64,000 nucleotides of DNA, taken from NCBI GenBank assembly GCA_000004985.1, contig GG738845.1; one strand, given 5' to 3'. Numbering within the stretch: the stretch's first letter is position 1; the number at the start of each line of letters is the position of its first letter. Below, piece by piece: positions 32,256-48,100 of this stretch. The translations under genes and the position numbers were made by a program. This DNA is from Naegleria gruberi (taxonomy: Eukaryota). The notes below the pieces were generated by a model. The model ran no database searches and had not been told where the DNA came from. It was given only the letters and a program-made list of their open reading frames with translations.

Positions 32256-35200
32256 ATGCAGCGAAGTGCTAGTGTAAGACAACCTCAAAGTCAAGCAGTA
32301 AACACTTCATCACCTTCATCAAGAGGAAGAAGCAGCTCTAATATTTCAACATCATCATCAAAATATGAGGACAAATTAGCTGCTGAGGAGGATATTTTAA
32401 ATTCCGTTTCCAATATTTATTTTCAAGATGTACAACAGGACGAATCTGGGAAAGGGGTTGACCTTGTGGAGTTAATTTTATCACAACCAACTGTGGATTT
32501 AACTGATGAAGCATCTATCCTCACAGAGTTAAATAAATATGAAAAAGTCTTGGGGGTTGTAAATAACAGACTTGGTAAAACTGTGATGAATAACTATAAT
32601 TCATTTGTTGACGGAATGACAAATGTGCAAGAAGTTGGAGCCGATTTAACAATGACTTCACTCATGTGTAGAAATGGTAGAAAAAGAATTAAAAAGGCCC
32701 AAGAAGATTTGGTAAAAGGTGGTTTAATGATTGTGGCACAGTATAGAAAAAAAAAATCTCTCAAGGTAATTATTCCTATTATATTTATTTAAATTATTAA
32801 AACGTATAGAATGTGGAACACTATTTACAAAAAATCAAAGAGGTTGTAGATTCTGACAAGGAAATGAATCAATTATTGGAGGATGGAAATTTCCCTGCTG
32901 CTATAAAACTAATGATCGATCACAGACAATCTGTTTTGAGTATGAATCAATTTTGTTGCATTCAACAATTGGATAGAAATATTAAAAATGTTTATCAAAG
33001 GATGGAGGCTAAAATGAAGGAAGCTCTTCTCTCTTTGTGTGCCTCTTTTGATAATCTTTCATATGAGAGAATTTTAGTAGCGTATGTATATTATTACACA
33101 AGTTAATTTTCTAATTCAATGAATAGATCAAAAGAGTTATCGTTGGGTGAAATATCATCAGATATTACAAAGAATTATACTGATGCTGTTGACCAATTAC
33201 TAAAAGAGGTTGTCCTTTCTTTTGCCATGCAAAATCCAAAAGTTCAAAATATTGAAAGTCTTGTCAAGTAAGTTTTACTATTATTCCTACATATGACATT
33301 TTTTTTAGAATGGATTATCAAAATCTCTGTAAGAAAATTCACTTTGATCATGTACTATCCTCACTTTTCAGATCATTGAGTACAGTCAGTGATATAATGT
33401 ATAATTACTATCAAATGTATGCTTGGCACTTGCAAGAAAAAGAGCACTTGAAGGATTATGATTTTAAAGTAACAAAAACAAATCTTGACCAGTTCAGAAA
33501 AATACTTTGGGAAAACATTCAAAAAAAGATTTCTGTATTTTTAGAATCTTGTGATCTTTCCCATTTCAAAATTGACAAGTTTTTACAAGTCTTTCACTCT
33601 GTTAATATGGTAAGTGTAGGAAAATTTGATTAATTAATGATCATTATTGAAAGCTTTGTCAATTGGGTGAAGAGTTCAGTCAAAGCAATTGCTTTAGACT
33701 TCAACGAGCCATTAATGCAAAAAGTAATTCCTACTTTACTCATTATCACAAAGATATTTTGGAAAATATTAAAACAATGGTAGAGAATGAGAATTGGCAA
33801 CAATTGGACTCTGTTATTTTTAATATGAATGATATTCCAGAGTTTAGGTCCAAATCAAACAATGCCCTTGATAATTTAGGAAATGTCTACGAGGAATATT
33901 CTAAGAAAGTAAGACAATTTTTAAAGTCAAATGATCGTGATAGTAACCCTTTCAAAGTTGCTTTTGATAAGGGATCATTCTTAATGACACTTGGCAATGA
34001 CCAAGAAGAGGAGAAAGTTGATGATTATTCTTCATCCTCCTCATCATCATCTGAGGAAGAAGATGAAGAATATGTAAATAAGAAAAAACAAAAAAAGAAG
34101 AAAAAGAAGGATTTGGAAGTCTATACAAATGTTTCCTTGACAATGTTAAAGAGAATGGGTGTTTATATTCAGGCTATGGAGGTGCTGCAACCAATATGTC
34201 TCGATGTATTCTCTTCATTCACTACATTGTTCAAGTTTTATGTAAGTTTTTGGAATTTCTACTTGGTAATAATATGAATAATATTTTCCAGTTATACATT
34301 GTTCATGCTTTATTTGCAAACATTTCACCAAATACTGTCAGTTCAACAGTTATTAATCTTGATGAAGATTTTAATTATCCTGAAAATGACACTCGAGTTT
34401 CAGAATCTCTTCAAAAAACGTTCAAAAACATTCGAGAAGAATTAAACAAGTGTGCCAAAGACAATAATAATGGTGAACCATTCTTTAAAATACCAAAAGT
34501 ATCACAAATGATCAACATTAGGCAACCACCATTGTTTGGATTGTATGAGAGATCAATTGCTGCTGAGAGTTTGACCTTCCTCTATAATGCCGTAGAAAAA
34601 ATCATTGAAAAGAGAATGGAAGAATTAATACCAAAGAACAAGAGATCCAATGCTAGCCAATTTTTGAAATCAATGAAATCAGCCACGGAAGAAGTGAAAG
34701 ATTGCATTTATGGAAGAACAGTTAAATATTTACTCTTTGATTTCCCTTATATGGAAAAGTATCCTGACAAGATTGCCAACTGCAAGTATCACATTCAAGT
34801 AATGGGAGATCAATGCAACAAGTTTGTTTTTGAACTAAGAGATGATATTAAGAAATTCTTCTCTATCAAATTACAAACAATTGATGATAGATTACCAGAA
34901 AACTCTATCAATTGCTTGTGGGATCTAGCTGTTAAATATGTGATTGATGTTTTGGTTGAAGGTTTCTCTCGAGTTAAGAAATGTAATAATGAAGGTAGAG
35001 TCCTCATGCAACTCGATCTTCAAACATTTACAACAGAACTTCAAAGAATGGTTCCAAGCTCTCTAATTGAGAAAAATAAGGGTTCTGTTCCTCATGTAGC
35101 CATAGCTCGAAGCTACATTCAGGCCTACTATGAGCAAAATGAGAGCGATCTTTTGGAATGGGTAAAAAAGAATGTACATCACTTTACTGTAAAACAAATG

Positions 35201-35773
35201 GCTGCAATTGCCACTTTAAACTTTGGGGCTAATTTGAAAAAGAATGAACTGAAACAATTGACCTCCCAAGTGGAGCAATTGGCAACATCTTTGAAAATGC
35301 AAAAAGAACACATTCACTTGATGGAAAATTCTACAGATGAAAATACATCCCAACATGAAACCCATGCCACATCTGCAGTAAAGGAAGAGTCTGGATTCTC
35401 ATCCATGATTAGATCAGGATCATTTGCCTCCACTAAAGAGTTACTTTCCTCACTCACAAGAAGTGGCAGCTCAACAACAATAGCCAAAGACTCACAACCA
35501 AGAATAAGCACCGAATCCAATAACTCCTCCACTACAATATCTTCATCAACAACAGCAAATAACCTCTCCACTCCAGCAACCTCCAATACATCAAGAACAA
35601 GCATTGATTCCCAATCAAGACCAAGTTTTGAATCCCCACACAAACAAAGTATAACATCTGCTACAACTGATAAGATGAAAAATTTATTCCAAGGTGGTAT
35701 GAGTTATTTGAAGAGGGCACCCACAGCAACTAATAGTAATCCAACCCCTACTACAAACAATACTAATAAATAA
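32256..35773 (+). CDS. Large multi-exon gene (about 6 exons, roughly 1050 aa) encoding a Vps54/syndetin-like (GARP/EARP tethering complex) protein. Assignment is tentative.
   Basis: ORFs 32256-32765, 32813-33089, 33127-33268, 33310-33608, 33652-34259 and 34291-35773 are linked by GTAA/GTATGT…AG introns of 40-50 nt. The N-terminal region LTELNKYEKVLGVVNNRLGKTVMNNYNSFVDGMTNVQEVGADL… fits the Vps54/syndetin N-domain pattern. The C-terminus is Ser/Thr-rich. Confidence 0.45.
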
Positions 35774-35901
35774 ATTGTCAATTTATTTCACAAGCTAGTT
35801 ATTTCACAGACCAATGTAATTTGTCAAATTAATTCAAAAATTTGTAACATGACCGAAAAATTCGCGAAAAAAAATATTCCTAAACAAACAATACTGATAA
35901 A

Positions 35902-36744
35902 ATGGCTCACGCTTGGCACGGTAAGTTTTCTAAAACACGAAATATTTATTAAATTGGTGTTTACATTATTTAGATTTGAGTAAGTAATTTTATTTTAATG
36001 AAACGTATTTGATAGAATTGTGATATTTATTTAAATAGGTGTAAGTTTCCCTTTCATGAATTTAATATTAAAACTTTTAAATAGTGGAGATGTGAAGGTG
36101 GTGAAGACGTTGATGAAAACGACCCAACCAAGTTCAATGCTCTCATTGAAATTCCTATGGGTTCAAAGGTTAAGTATGAATTAGACAAGGATTCCGGTCT
36201 CTTGAAGGTCGATCGTATCCTCTCTTCTTCAGTTGTTTATCCTTCAAACTATGGTTTTATTCCACAAACCCTTGGAGATGACAATGATCCAGTAAGTAGA
36301 AAACATTCACCGTTTTGATAACTGTTTATTTCATCATGAATGCAACAACAATAGCTCGATGTTTTAGTCTTGATGCAACAAGCTGTTGCTCCAATGATCT
36401 TCTTGAGAGCCAGACCAATCGGTGTTATGGGTATGATCGATCAAGGAGAAGGTGATGACAAGATTGTTTGTGTTCACTGTGATGATCCAGAATACAGCCA
36501 TTATACCGACATTTCTGAATTGCCACCACACAAGTTGCAAGAAATGCGTATCTTCTTTGAAGATTACAAGAAGTTGGAAAAGAAGGTTGTCCAAGTCACA
36601 GGATTCCAAGGTTCTAAGGCTGCTCGTGAAATTGTTGCTAAGGGTATCAAGACTTACCAAGCTTACATCAAGGAAAAGGAAAAGGCTGGTGAATCGCTCG
36701 TCTCCCCAAAGCTTCAAGCTTATAAGACTTTCTTCAGTGATTAA
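35902..36744 (+). CDS. Soluble inorganic pyrophosphatase, family I prokaryotic/plant type (about 200 aa). Three exons: 35902..35920, 36098..36291, 36355..36744.
   Basis: MAHAWH|[65 protein letters not shown]|[38 protein letters not shown]… Introns of 177 and 63 nt. Confidence 0.85.
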
Positions 36745-36899
36745 ATAACATCCTATCTAGATCAATAATAATATTAATTCAAATTGACCCAATAAATATT
36801 ATTAAATATCATTTATTTAATTTTGAACGATCGAATTCAAAAAATCTAAACTTCTAAACAAATTCGTTTCTATTTAAATAGTTTTAATTTCAAATAAAA

Positions 36900-37624
36900 A
36901 TGTCATATGGTTCAATAGGCAATAGCCCACACATTTTACATGCAGCATGTAATGTCCCACATTTGGGCCTCGTAATGTATTCTATCAACTCTAGTGTTGT
37001 TACCAAACAACAAAGTCAATTCGTTAGAAATATTTTCGAAAAATTAGTGGTTTCGAACACAAATTCTTCAGGAAAACAAACTTTCAACTCATCAGATAAC
37101 TATGTACACGTGTTAAACAAGAACGGAATGTTGTTTATGTGTTACTCACCAAAGGGAACGAAGTTTAGAGTGGTTTATAACATGTTAGATGATTTGGATA
37201 TGGAATTAACAAAAATACCTCGACTTATCAACGCCAACAAGAATGATATTTTAAATATTATGAAGGAAACTGTTGTAAGTTAATTTCATTGGAAGAATGT
37301 TCATTAATTTCAAAATAGCTCTATTATAATGATCCAACAAATGATAAAATTACAAACCTCCAAAAACAAATTGATTTAAATAAGGACAAGATGATTCAGA
37401 ATATTGACAAGGTATTAGCCAATAGTGATTCCATGAATGTGTTGATTTCTCAAACAGAAGATATTAAAGAAAATGCTGCTCTCTTTGAGAGAGGTGGAAA
37501 AAAGATGAAAAGAAATATGCAATTTCGTCTCTTTCTCATTGTTGGTTTGATTGTATTGATTTGTTCTGTTGTTTTGGGTATTGCTATTTTATTAATAGCC
37601 TTGAAAATTGCTGGAAAGATTTAA
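36900..37624 (+). CDS. Longin-domain R-SNARE (VAMP7/Sec22-like). Two exons: 36900..37274 and 37319..37624, with a 44-nt intron.
   Basis: N-terminal longin-like fold. The spliced sequence is …KETV|LYYNDPTNDKITNLQKQIDLNKDKMIQNIDKVLANSDSMNVLISQTEDIKENAALFERGGKKMKR followed by a C-terminal TM (FRLFLIVGLIVLICSVVLGIAILLIAL). Confidence 0.75.
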
Positions 37625-37835
37625 CATACCATTATAAAGTGAAATATTAAATTCTCATCTCGAGGAGTGGTCTGGTGACCTAACCAGCAAGTTATCTGCA
37701 TTCATCATCTTAAAAAAAAATTGCTTGGGTAAGGCTCCATCATGCATCATTGAAACATCAATCTTGAGAAGGATCTGCATAAACTCAACAATTACTCCCA
37801 CCACCATCTAACACCACCCTTAATATCTATCCACA

Positions 37836-38450
37836 ATGTATAATAATATTCAACCATTTTTTCCAACCTCAACCCTAGTCATGATAAATACAGCAACGAT
37901 CAATCATCAAGAATGTGCAAAATATGATGTTTTATTCAACTTACAAAATACTTATTTTGCCACCTATAAGGAAGAATCAATGGAGGAGCTGTTAAAGGAG
38001 GGTTTCCAAAGAATTTCAAAAGACGGCTTTAATGTTATTGGAAATTCAAATGTCTCTAATTCTCAATTACTCCTTCCATTGGTTGGTCTATCAGACTCCT
38101 TAATCAATGTAAATACCGAAAAGCTAGAAACAATGGAAGTTTGTAATTGTCAATCCCCGATTAATAATAAGGTTGAGACTCCACCATTGATAGCTAGTGC
38201 AGGTTCTTCATCTCCAAAGAAAAAAAAAAAGAAAACGCCACCATCAGGTTTTTCAGATTTCAAATTGGAAAACCCTGTTGAGCGTAAGAGGAAAAAGCCG
38301 TCTGCAACAATAGTTGTACCTTCATCTGGAGAAGGAAGTTCTGACCAGGTTGATGGGATTGTTGAAATTGATATCTCAAAATATCACCCAAGAAGAAAGC
38401 AAAGAAATTATGACCACATGCTAGCTCAATACAAACTCACCAAAAAGTAA
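37836..38450 (+). CDS. Hypothetical protein (204 aa) with a basic K-rich stretch.
   Basis: ATG-initiated ORF between the SNARE and HCS genes. Poly-lysine tract SPKKKKKKTPP. No family recognised. Confidence 0.35.
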   Translation: MYNNIQPFFPTSTLVMINTATINHQECAKYDVLFNLQNTYFATYKEESMEELLKEGFQRISKDGFNVIGNSNVSNSQLLLPLVGLSDSLINVNTEKLETMEVCNCQSPINNKVETPPLIASAGSSSPKKKKKKTPPSGFSDFKLENPVERKRKKPSATIVVPSSGEGSSDQVDGIVEIDISKYHPRRKQRNYDHMLAQYKLTKK

Positions 38451-38491
38451 AGCATGAATGCTTAAATTTCAATGACATTTAATTGTGGAAT

Positions 38492-39923
<1,432 letters not shown>

Positions 39924-40463
39924 GATAAAAATACAAGAGGAAATTCTGATCAGTTAGCAAACGAGTCTAGTAATGAGCAAGGGAATTGGGTAACAACCAA
40001 GTGTCAAACTTGCAAGGAGAAAATTGTGTTTTTTTTTTCAAAGTAGCGAGAAAGAAGCGCGAAAACATGGAAGAATTTATTTGGGAACGATCCGGGGAAT
40101 TTGTTGCTGATACTGCAAGAGACTCAATGCAATTGGATCTCTTCTTGGATCATGTCACAACAAACCACATCCATATATTTAATTTATTAATGTCAATTCC
40201 TTAACAAATTGAAGTAATTACATGTAAAACCAAATAATAATCGGACCATTTTGTTCTTTTTGAATTTTATGGAACATTGTTGGATTATGGAAGGATTTCT
40301 TATTGGATGACTTGATGCAATATTTGGAACTGGTGCACGGAGTTGCACGATTACAGAAGGGAAAAAGTCTTTTTTTATTGTGACTGCAAAATTATTTTGT
40401 AAACATTTGTTCAGTTAACTTAACTGTAGAACCTGCTCAGCTTCAAATTCTTTATTAAACGTA

Positions 40464-43400
40464 ATGATTGTAGAAGTGGATGACAGAGTACAAACTGCTA
40501 TATTGCCCTATTGGTTTCTGCTCAACGACCACTTTGATCAAACTTTCATCATTTTAATAAGGTGGGAAATTCTTAACGTTAAAAAAATGCTTAACAACAC
40601 TACAGTGGGAAGGGAAGGACAATCAAATGTTAATAAAATCCCACCCCCTGTAGTAGTATTTAAAGAAAGTGAATTAGTTGAAGATGTCCATTCAAACCCA
40701 TTACAACATGAATATGATGAAATAAATCCAGAACCAAGTCTCCGACGAGAATATTTACAAAGAAAAAAAGAGGAGGAGTTAATTAAAAAACAACAAGCTC
40801 TAAGGCTTCTTCTCAAGTCTGAGGAGAAGAGGAAAAAGAAAATTCATAAAACAATTAATTTAAAAATGGAAGTGGTAAGTTTGTCAGAAATAATCATTAC
40901 TTAAAGTGTTAGGAAAGAGAGAGGATAAAAATGGAAAATGTAGAGAAAACCCTTGACAAGTATTCACTCTTGAAAAGGATAGAAGAAGCTAGAGAATTTG
41001 ATGTAAAGAAAAAGATTTCTCTCCTACAACACAATTCCTTCAACGTATACATGTCGAAAGTTAATCTTGTAAAAAAACTAACTGAAATAGAAGGTGAGTA
41101 TTTGTGTGAAGAATATTCTAACTAGAGTCAGTTAAGGAACAAATAGGAAACCTTTCAATTGAGCTAAAGAATGAGGAGAGTACAGAACAATTGGACAATG
41201 ATAATCAAAGAAGCTATGACGAAGTTAAAAAACTTGCTGTACAACAACAAAGAACAATTATCAAAAATACCATTTGTAAGAATAGAGAGCTTGCTTCAGG
41301 GACCTTTGCAAGTAATTTGGAAAGTCTTACCAGAGTCTCCGAAATGGAGGAAGAAAATGAAATTGAAGAAAGTTTGAATCAATACCTCAAGCCTGCAGTC
41401 GATCATAGATATCAATCTACCATACAGTCTCATGTGAACTCTGAAAAAATCAACAATGGTGTTATTAATTCACTTATTGAATCAAAGAAGAGAGATATTA
41501 CAAAGACGTACGAAAAAAAAATATTTGACACTCATTTGGAGAAGGTCAAGAAATTAAAATATGCTGCGGAAGTTGTAGGAATGAATCCTGATGATATTCA
41601 ACAATTACTAGAATTACCAGCTGAAGAATTTGAGACTGATATTGGCGTAGCTGATGCAGAAATGGACAGTATAAGAGTTGAGATATTTAATTTGGAAAAT
41701 AAGAGAAGGCAAAACCAAGCCAATCATGTTCAAAGCAAGGTCGAGTTGAAGGATGTTATTGAAACTATGGAGCAAAAGAAAAAGCAAACTAAAATTCTCA
41801 TTCCCGAATTGAGGCAAGAATTGCAAGAAAGAAAGGAAGAAGCAAGTAAATATGAGGAGGAGTATGGAGGAATTTCTCTCACTACCATGGACAGAATAAC
41901 AACAGAAAATTTGAATGAAATTCAAAGAATCAAATCCAATCACCAAGAATTGCAAAAAGATATTCAAACAATGGTAAAATCAAAGAAGGATGGGTTAGAA
42001 AGCGAAAAAAAAGATTTAGAGAATGAGGCTAAAGAAATTGATCGTAAATGCAATGAATGGGTACAAAGGGTAAAAGATTTAATGGAAAAGGACAAACAAC
42101 GAGGTATATTCTTAAAAAATTTAGAAAAGAGCATTGAAACATTGAAACATGAATGCGAGAACTTTGTTTCCAACTTTGAAATTAGAAAGAAAGAGACTCA
42201 TCTTAAATGTAATGAAAAATTCTCCGAAATGCTCCTTTATGAACAATTACAACCAATTTTGGAAAAAGCCAAAAAGTTTTACTCACTCGAGGTATCACAA
42301 AGAAGCAACGAAAACTCCTCTCTAATTGAATCCCTTCAAAAAAGAAAGAAAGATCTTGAAGACCAAGTGCTTGAAACTGAAAAATCAATCAAGAAATGCA
42401 TTGATGATGCCACATTTATGAAGTCCATAGCATTCGATAGTATTCATCTTCCTCATAGCATTTTATCCAGGTTTTTGGAAGAGAAGAAGAATCTACTTCC
42501 TGAATGGATGAAATTAATTGAAACCAAAACAAAGATTCTTGCTCAACAAGCAAGTAAGCCATTCATAGAGAATCAAAAAACTCTCTGTGTACTTGATAAG
42601 TTTGCTGATTCGATATTGATTAAAGATATTTTCAGCTCAACTATCGGAGTTGTTTCAAGCCCTGATGATATATTTGAACGAGAATCAGATCTTGAACGAA
42701 TTAAGAAGGAAGTTGTTAAACAAACATTCCAACAACAAAGATTGGCAAAATTTTTACAAGAACTCGTTAATTCGTACGAGAAGAAACGTTATACAAAAGA
42801 ACCTAGAAAAGTGAAACTTGAAGAGCAAAATCTTATTAAGGATATTGCAAAGAAAGTAGAAGAATTGAAGAAGAAACTTGAGGAGAAGAAGGAAATTGAG
42901 TCTGATAGCGAGGAAGAGAGTGATTTAGAACATGACAGCGACTTGGAATCGTCCTCAGAAAGTGAATACTTTAGTGATGAAGAAAATGAGGAGCAAGACT
43001 TAACAATTCCAACCTCTGTAAATGTTGTACAATACGAAGTGTCAAAGATTGTTGAATCAATCAAAATGTCAATTCACTCTAAGATTAATCCAGAACTTGA
43101 GTTTGAGCACCCAACACCAGAAGCCAACTTTTTATCAAAAACATTTTTCAAGAGAAAATCATTGTTACAAGTTTTTTCAAGCAGAAGAAAGGAAGTTCAA
43201 GTTAGAGAGAAGTCAAAAATACTGAACTATTCATTCCTCAAATGCGAAAATGTAAAGGGCAAGAGTCAAGCTAAAGAAAGAGTCTTTTCAAGAATTCAAA
43301 ATATTAGATCAATGCTATCAGAATATGTTGACCTGAAGAGAGTAGATGGAAAATTGGAAAGAGAAGTTTTACCAAATATCAACGCACAAAAACGATACTT

Positions 43401-43587
43401 GGAGGTAATCAAGGAAAATATTACCAGGAATGAGACTCTTAACAAGGAGACTGCCACACCACAAAAGGTCAAACAAGGGATTAACCAACTCAGTGAAACT
43501 AACATAGATCCTGCTCATATTGAAAGTTTAAAGAGCAAGTCATATTCATCACTTCCTGTAATCCGTCCATCATCTTTTGGATTGTAA
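40464..43587 (+). CDS. Large coiled-coil protein (about 1018 aa), function unknown. Three exons: 40464..40874, 40913..41093, 41126..43587. The 5' start is uncertain.
   Basis: In-frame joins via GTAAGT…AG (38 nt) and GTGAGT…AG (32 nt). The track start of the third ORF at 41191 is a TTG. Long heptad-rich E/K sequence and an acidic Ser-rich stretch (DSEEESDLEHDSDLESSSESEYFSDEENEE). Confidence 0.5.
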
Positions 43588-43676
43588 AAGAGAATGTCAA
43601 AATTGAATAACTGCAGGTTGTATGAAGCAATTAAAATAAAATTAAAAATAAAATTTTTTAAATTTAGAACAAAAAA

Positions 43677-45072
43677 ATGTCCACAAAGCATAAGAAGAAC
43701 GACGACGACGAATTAGCTGATTTTGATGAAGACTTGCAAACAAAACCAACAACAGCCTCTGCTGGTGATAAAAAAGCCGCTAATAGCAAGGGATACTCAT
43801 CAGTCAACAGCTCTGGCTTCAGAGATTTTGTTTTGAAACCAGAAATTTTGAAGGCCATAGTTGATTGTGGTTTTGAACATCCTAGTGAAGTCCAACACGA
43901 ATGTATTCCTCAAGCTATGATTGGAAGTGATGTACTTTGCCAAGCTAAATCTGGTATGGGAAAGACAGCTGTCTTTGTCATTTCTGTTCTTCAACAACTC
44001 GAAACTATCGAACCAAAAACAATGTGTGTCATTCTTTGCCATGCCAGAGAATTGGCTTATCAAATTTGTCAAGAATTTAACAGATTCTCTAAATATCTTC
44101 CAGATGTTAGAGTAAAATCTTTTATTGGAGGTATCAATATTAAGACTCACATCGAACAATTGAAGAGTGAAACTCCTCATGTTGTTGTTGGTACTCCAGG
44201 TAGAGTTTTACAATTGGCCAAAGATGGTCACTTGAAGCTCGGTAATGTTAAATATTTTATTGTTGACGAATGCGACAAGGTTTTAGAGTCAGAAGAAATG
44301 AGATCCGATATGCAAGAGGTTTGTTTCATCAATTTTTCTTTCTGACTGATCGTTCCCTATTTCCTCTTTTAACAATAATAATTCATAGATCTTTAAAAAG
44401 ACTCCAAAGACCAAGCAAGTCATGATGTTCAGTGCCACCCTCTCCACAGAAATGCGTTTGACTGCCAAGAAGTTCATGAATCCAAGTTCACTCATGGAAG
44501 TTAAGGTTGACAGTGACTCTAAGCTTACACTTCACGGTCTTCAACAATACTTCATTTTGCTTAAGGAAGAAGAAAAGAATGGAAAGTTGTTGAGCTGGCT
44601 AGATGCATTGGAATTCAATCAGGTTGTTATCTTTGTTAGAACTAAGAATAGAGCAGAAAAGCTAAAGGATATCTTAGAAAAGAATGGATTCCCTTGCTTG
44701 ACAATGCACTCTGATATGTCTCAAGACGAAAGACTCAAACAATATCAATCATTCAAGAATTTCGAAAAGAGAATTATGATTAGTACTGATTTGCTAGGAC
44801 GTGGTATTGATATTCAACGTGTCAACATTGTATTCAATTATGATATGCCAGATGAGCCAGACTCTTACTTGCATAGAGTTGGTAGAGCTGGTAGATTTGG
44901 TACCAAAGGTTTGGCCATTTCATTCATTTCCTCAGATATGCCATCCAAGATTGGATCCTATGAAAGAACCATCAATGATCAAGAAGTTTTAGAGAACATT
45001 CAAAAGCGTTTTGAAGTGAAGATCAAGGAAATGCCAACCCAAATTGATGTTGGTACTTACATGACATCATAA
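43677..45072 (+). CDS. SUB2: Sub2/UAP56 DECD-box RNA helicase (TREX mRNA export/splicing). Two exons: 43677..44318 and 44389..45072, with a 70-nt intron.
   Basis: [55 protein letters not shown]…, DECD box ([10 protein letters not shown]), …DMQE|[19 protein letters not shown]…, [19 protein letters not shown]. Confidence 0.9.
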
Positions 45073-45122
45073 ATTGTTACCCTAGTTAAGACAAATAAAT
45101 ACATGTTATTTTAATAGATATT

Positions 45123-48100
45123 TTATTGCTTTACAACATATTCTACTAATGTTTGGGAAATTGGAAGAGTCAGTAAAGGCGAAGAGTCCGATTCCATTGA
45201 TTTTTGTACCAATAGTTTTTGTGCTTCAGAAATCTTTCCAAATTCCAAATAAATCCTCAACAACGAATTAGGATCGCATTGTTTTACCAGCCAGTTTGGT
45301 AAGTAACATTCCTCTCTTTGAATGTATCCACTTTGTAATTCTTGATAAATAGTTCTAATTGCGGAAGAGGCAAATAAATAACCTGTAGATGCATTATTAT
45401 ATTTGTTCAACTTCATTCTGAGTAAATTCCACATCTTCTTAGAAGTACCACTAGTGTTAATATCACCACTTTCACAACATTTTTTGGTTAATTTTGAGAA
45501 CAAGATACACATTTCTGGAGTAGTCAATTTACATGCAGAGGCTACCATAAAAGCTTTTTCAACAGTTTCATAATTTCCAGATAAGAATTGTGAAATAATA
45601 TCTATTGGATTACTCAAAAGTACGAGAGAAAGTATGTTAAATGAAGGAGTTTTCTTTTGGGCCTGAAGAATAAAAAGCTTTGATGATGATAGCTGATACC
45701 TCTTTTCCAGATGCGATAGAGTAATAATGTGAGGTTTTGTAAATGTCAAATCTTGTTCAACTTGCATTTGATCATCTCTAATTCTTTTTAGTGGACTAAT
45801 TGCCCTATCCATGGATTCTTCGTCACTGCGTGGATAAAGGAACCATTGATTGTTTTCTGAAACAGTTTTCAAAGCATTGAGAGCAATCAAGAAGCATTCA
45901 GTTTGCTTTTGAAGATAGGCTTCAAGAATTTCAGCATGACAATCGTTAGGAGTTGCAGAAAATGGAACAATTCTTATTTGACTTTCTATTCTTCTTCCCA
46001 ATTCGTAAATGTACATTGCTGCCTTGTTGTAATCTCCTCTATGAATGTTGTAAGAGTAAAGGAGATGATAATAAGTGAAAACAGTATTTAGTTTTTGTGT
46101 GTGTTCTTCTAGAAGTGTGTAATTTCCTGATCTGGATCCATTTGTACACAATACCTTAACATGGGATGTGCCGATATTGGCAAGTCTAATACTGAGATCA
46201 GCGTATTTGGCTCTTTCATGAAGTAAGTCATTGACATCATTTCTGCTTCCACTAAATGGTAGTTCACAGAGCATATTACCAAAATATTTGCATTGTTCGG
46301 TGCTATAGGCAGCCAAATCACAAAGAGTACCCACAAACTTTCTCAAATCCGATTTCTTTCTTTGGATATCATTTTGTGAGTTTAGAGAAACATATGCCAT
46401 GTCAAAGCGTTCAAAGTGTATACAGAGAGAAAATAGTACACTATACAAAATACTAATCTCTTCCGTAGGTATCAAATCACTGTCAGCTTCTGTTAGGGAG
46501 AGATTGATAAACTCCAAAGCTAATTCTGGATGCTTTTCACATAACTGCCTAATATAATTATAGTAATAGAAAAGAAGAGATATTTTCACACGATCTTCAA
46601 TTGTTTGATTATTCAAAGTAGGTTCAACTTTCCAGTAAATATTCATCAGTTTAAATAATGCCAATGTTTCCTGATCTCTTTCTCTATTACTAACACCAAT
46701 AATTGCACATCGCAAAAAGTTTTGCTTTGCTCGAGATAGATCCCCCTCTTGTAAATTTGCAAGGGCCAAGTAATGATAGGTGAGAGGGAATGAAGAGTCA
46801 TAACTTTGAAGGAGCAAGCAGTATCTCTTTAAAGCGCCATATGCTTGCCAATTTAATAGATATTGGGCTATTTCTACAGTGTTTCTTTGGGCTTTGTTGC
46901 TTTCATAGTCCACCAAAATAACACGTTGAATTATCATCAAGCTAATATTAGTTACAAGATAGGAAAGGGGTGGCTGTTCTAGATTTGTTTGCAACTTTTT
47001 CTTAACTTCGTGTTCAGTCAATAACATCTCAATAAAATATTTAGTATCAATGGTTGGGGAAGGATGAGTGAGAAGAAAATCAGCCATATTCAGTTTGGAG
47101 TTTGAAAGGGAGACAGCCAAGTTTAAACTGTTTGTGCTTGATTCTACAATTCTATTGCAAAGCCACCACGCCAAATGGTAGCTTCTAAGTAAGGAGTAGC
47201 AAGTGTTTGCTTCAATATTGTTGTTTTCTCCATTTAAAGTTAATAGACCAGCAATTTCAATAAAAATGCATAACTGGCACAAGAGCTGATATCTTGACTC
47301 TAAAATTTGTATTGAAGAAGCATTAATCAATTGAATAAGAATAGAGTTATCCATTGAAATCAAGTCCTTCTTGGATTCTATTTCAGAAACCATTAAAGTA
47401 CGTATTATGTAATTCAAAATAGAGGATACAGGTGTATTTCTAATGGCTGACATTCTATCAATTAATCCGTTAACAAAAAGCTTCTTGTGATGGCTTTGTT
47501 TAAAGTCTTTGATGAGAGTGTCTGGCGTGTCGCTGTTATGGTTTGAAAGACCAGAAACAAGCTCTGTAGCCATTTTTCTGGCAATTATTGCAGGATTGTC
47601 GTTTGTAGACTCTTGTGAGAAATAGTATGGTAGTACAGTAAAGGTAGATAATAACTCAGATGCTGACTTATCAATAAAGTTCAAAATTCTAAAGAATTCT
47701 ACAAGGTCCCTAGAGAATGTTGATCGTTTGGAGATACTTTCTTTGATTTCTAAATTGTTAGCCAAAAGAAGGTAGTTTCTACTTCCCCTCAAAGATTGAT
47801 TGGCTGTTTGTTGAATAGATTCTAGTATATCAAGTTGACGGAGCAAACAAATTGATTGGTTATACATTACGGCAGGTGTGGAATTCATGAAAACAAAGCC
47901 AGTTGGTTGATTTAAACTTGATATACGTGCTAAGGTTTGCAAAAATTCCAACCAGGTTTGAATTTCAATTTTAGACTCAAGAACGTTTCTCTCTAATAAA
48001 TCTTTTGTTGTGATTTCTGCCCTTTTTTGTGAAATGGTGTATTCAATGGCATATTTGATTTTGTCTGACCAGTATGCGTCATTAATATAAGTAAAGGGAA

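Noticed and set aside
35921-36097. Unusually long (177-nt) first intron of the pyrophosphatase gene as a possible ncRNA host.
   Set aside because: No C/D or H/ACA box arrangement visible. Length alone is not evidence.
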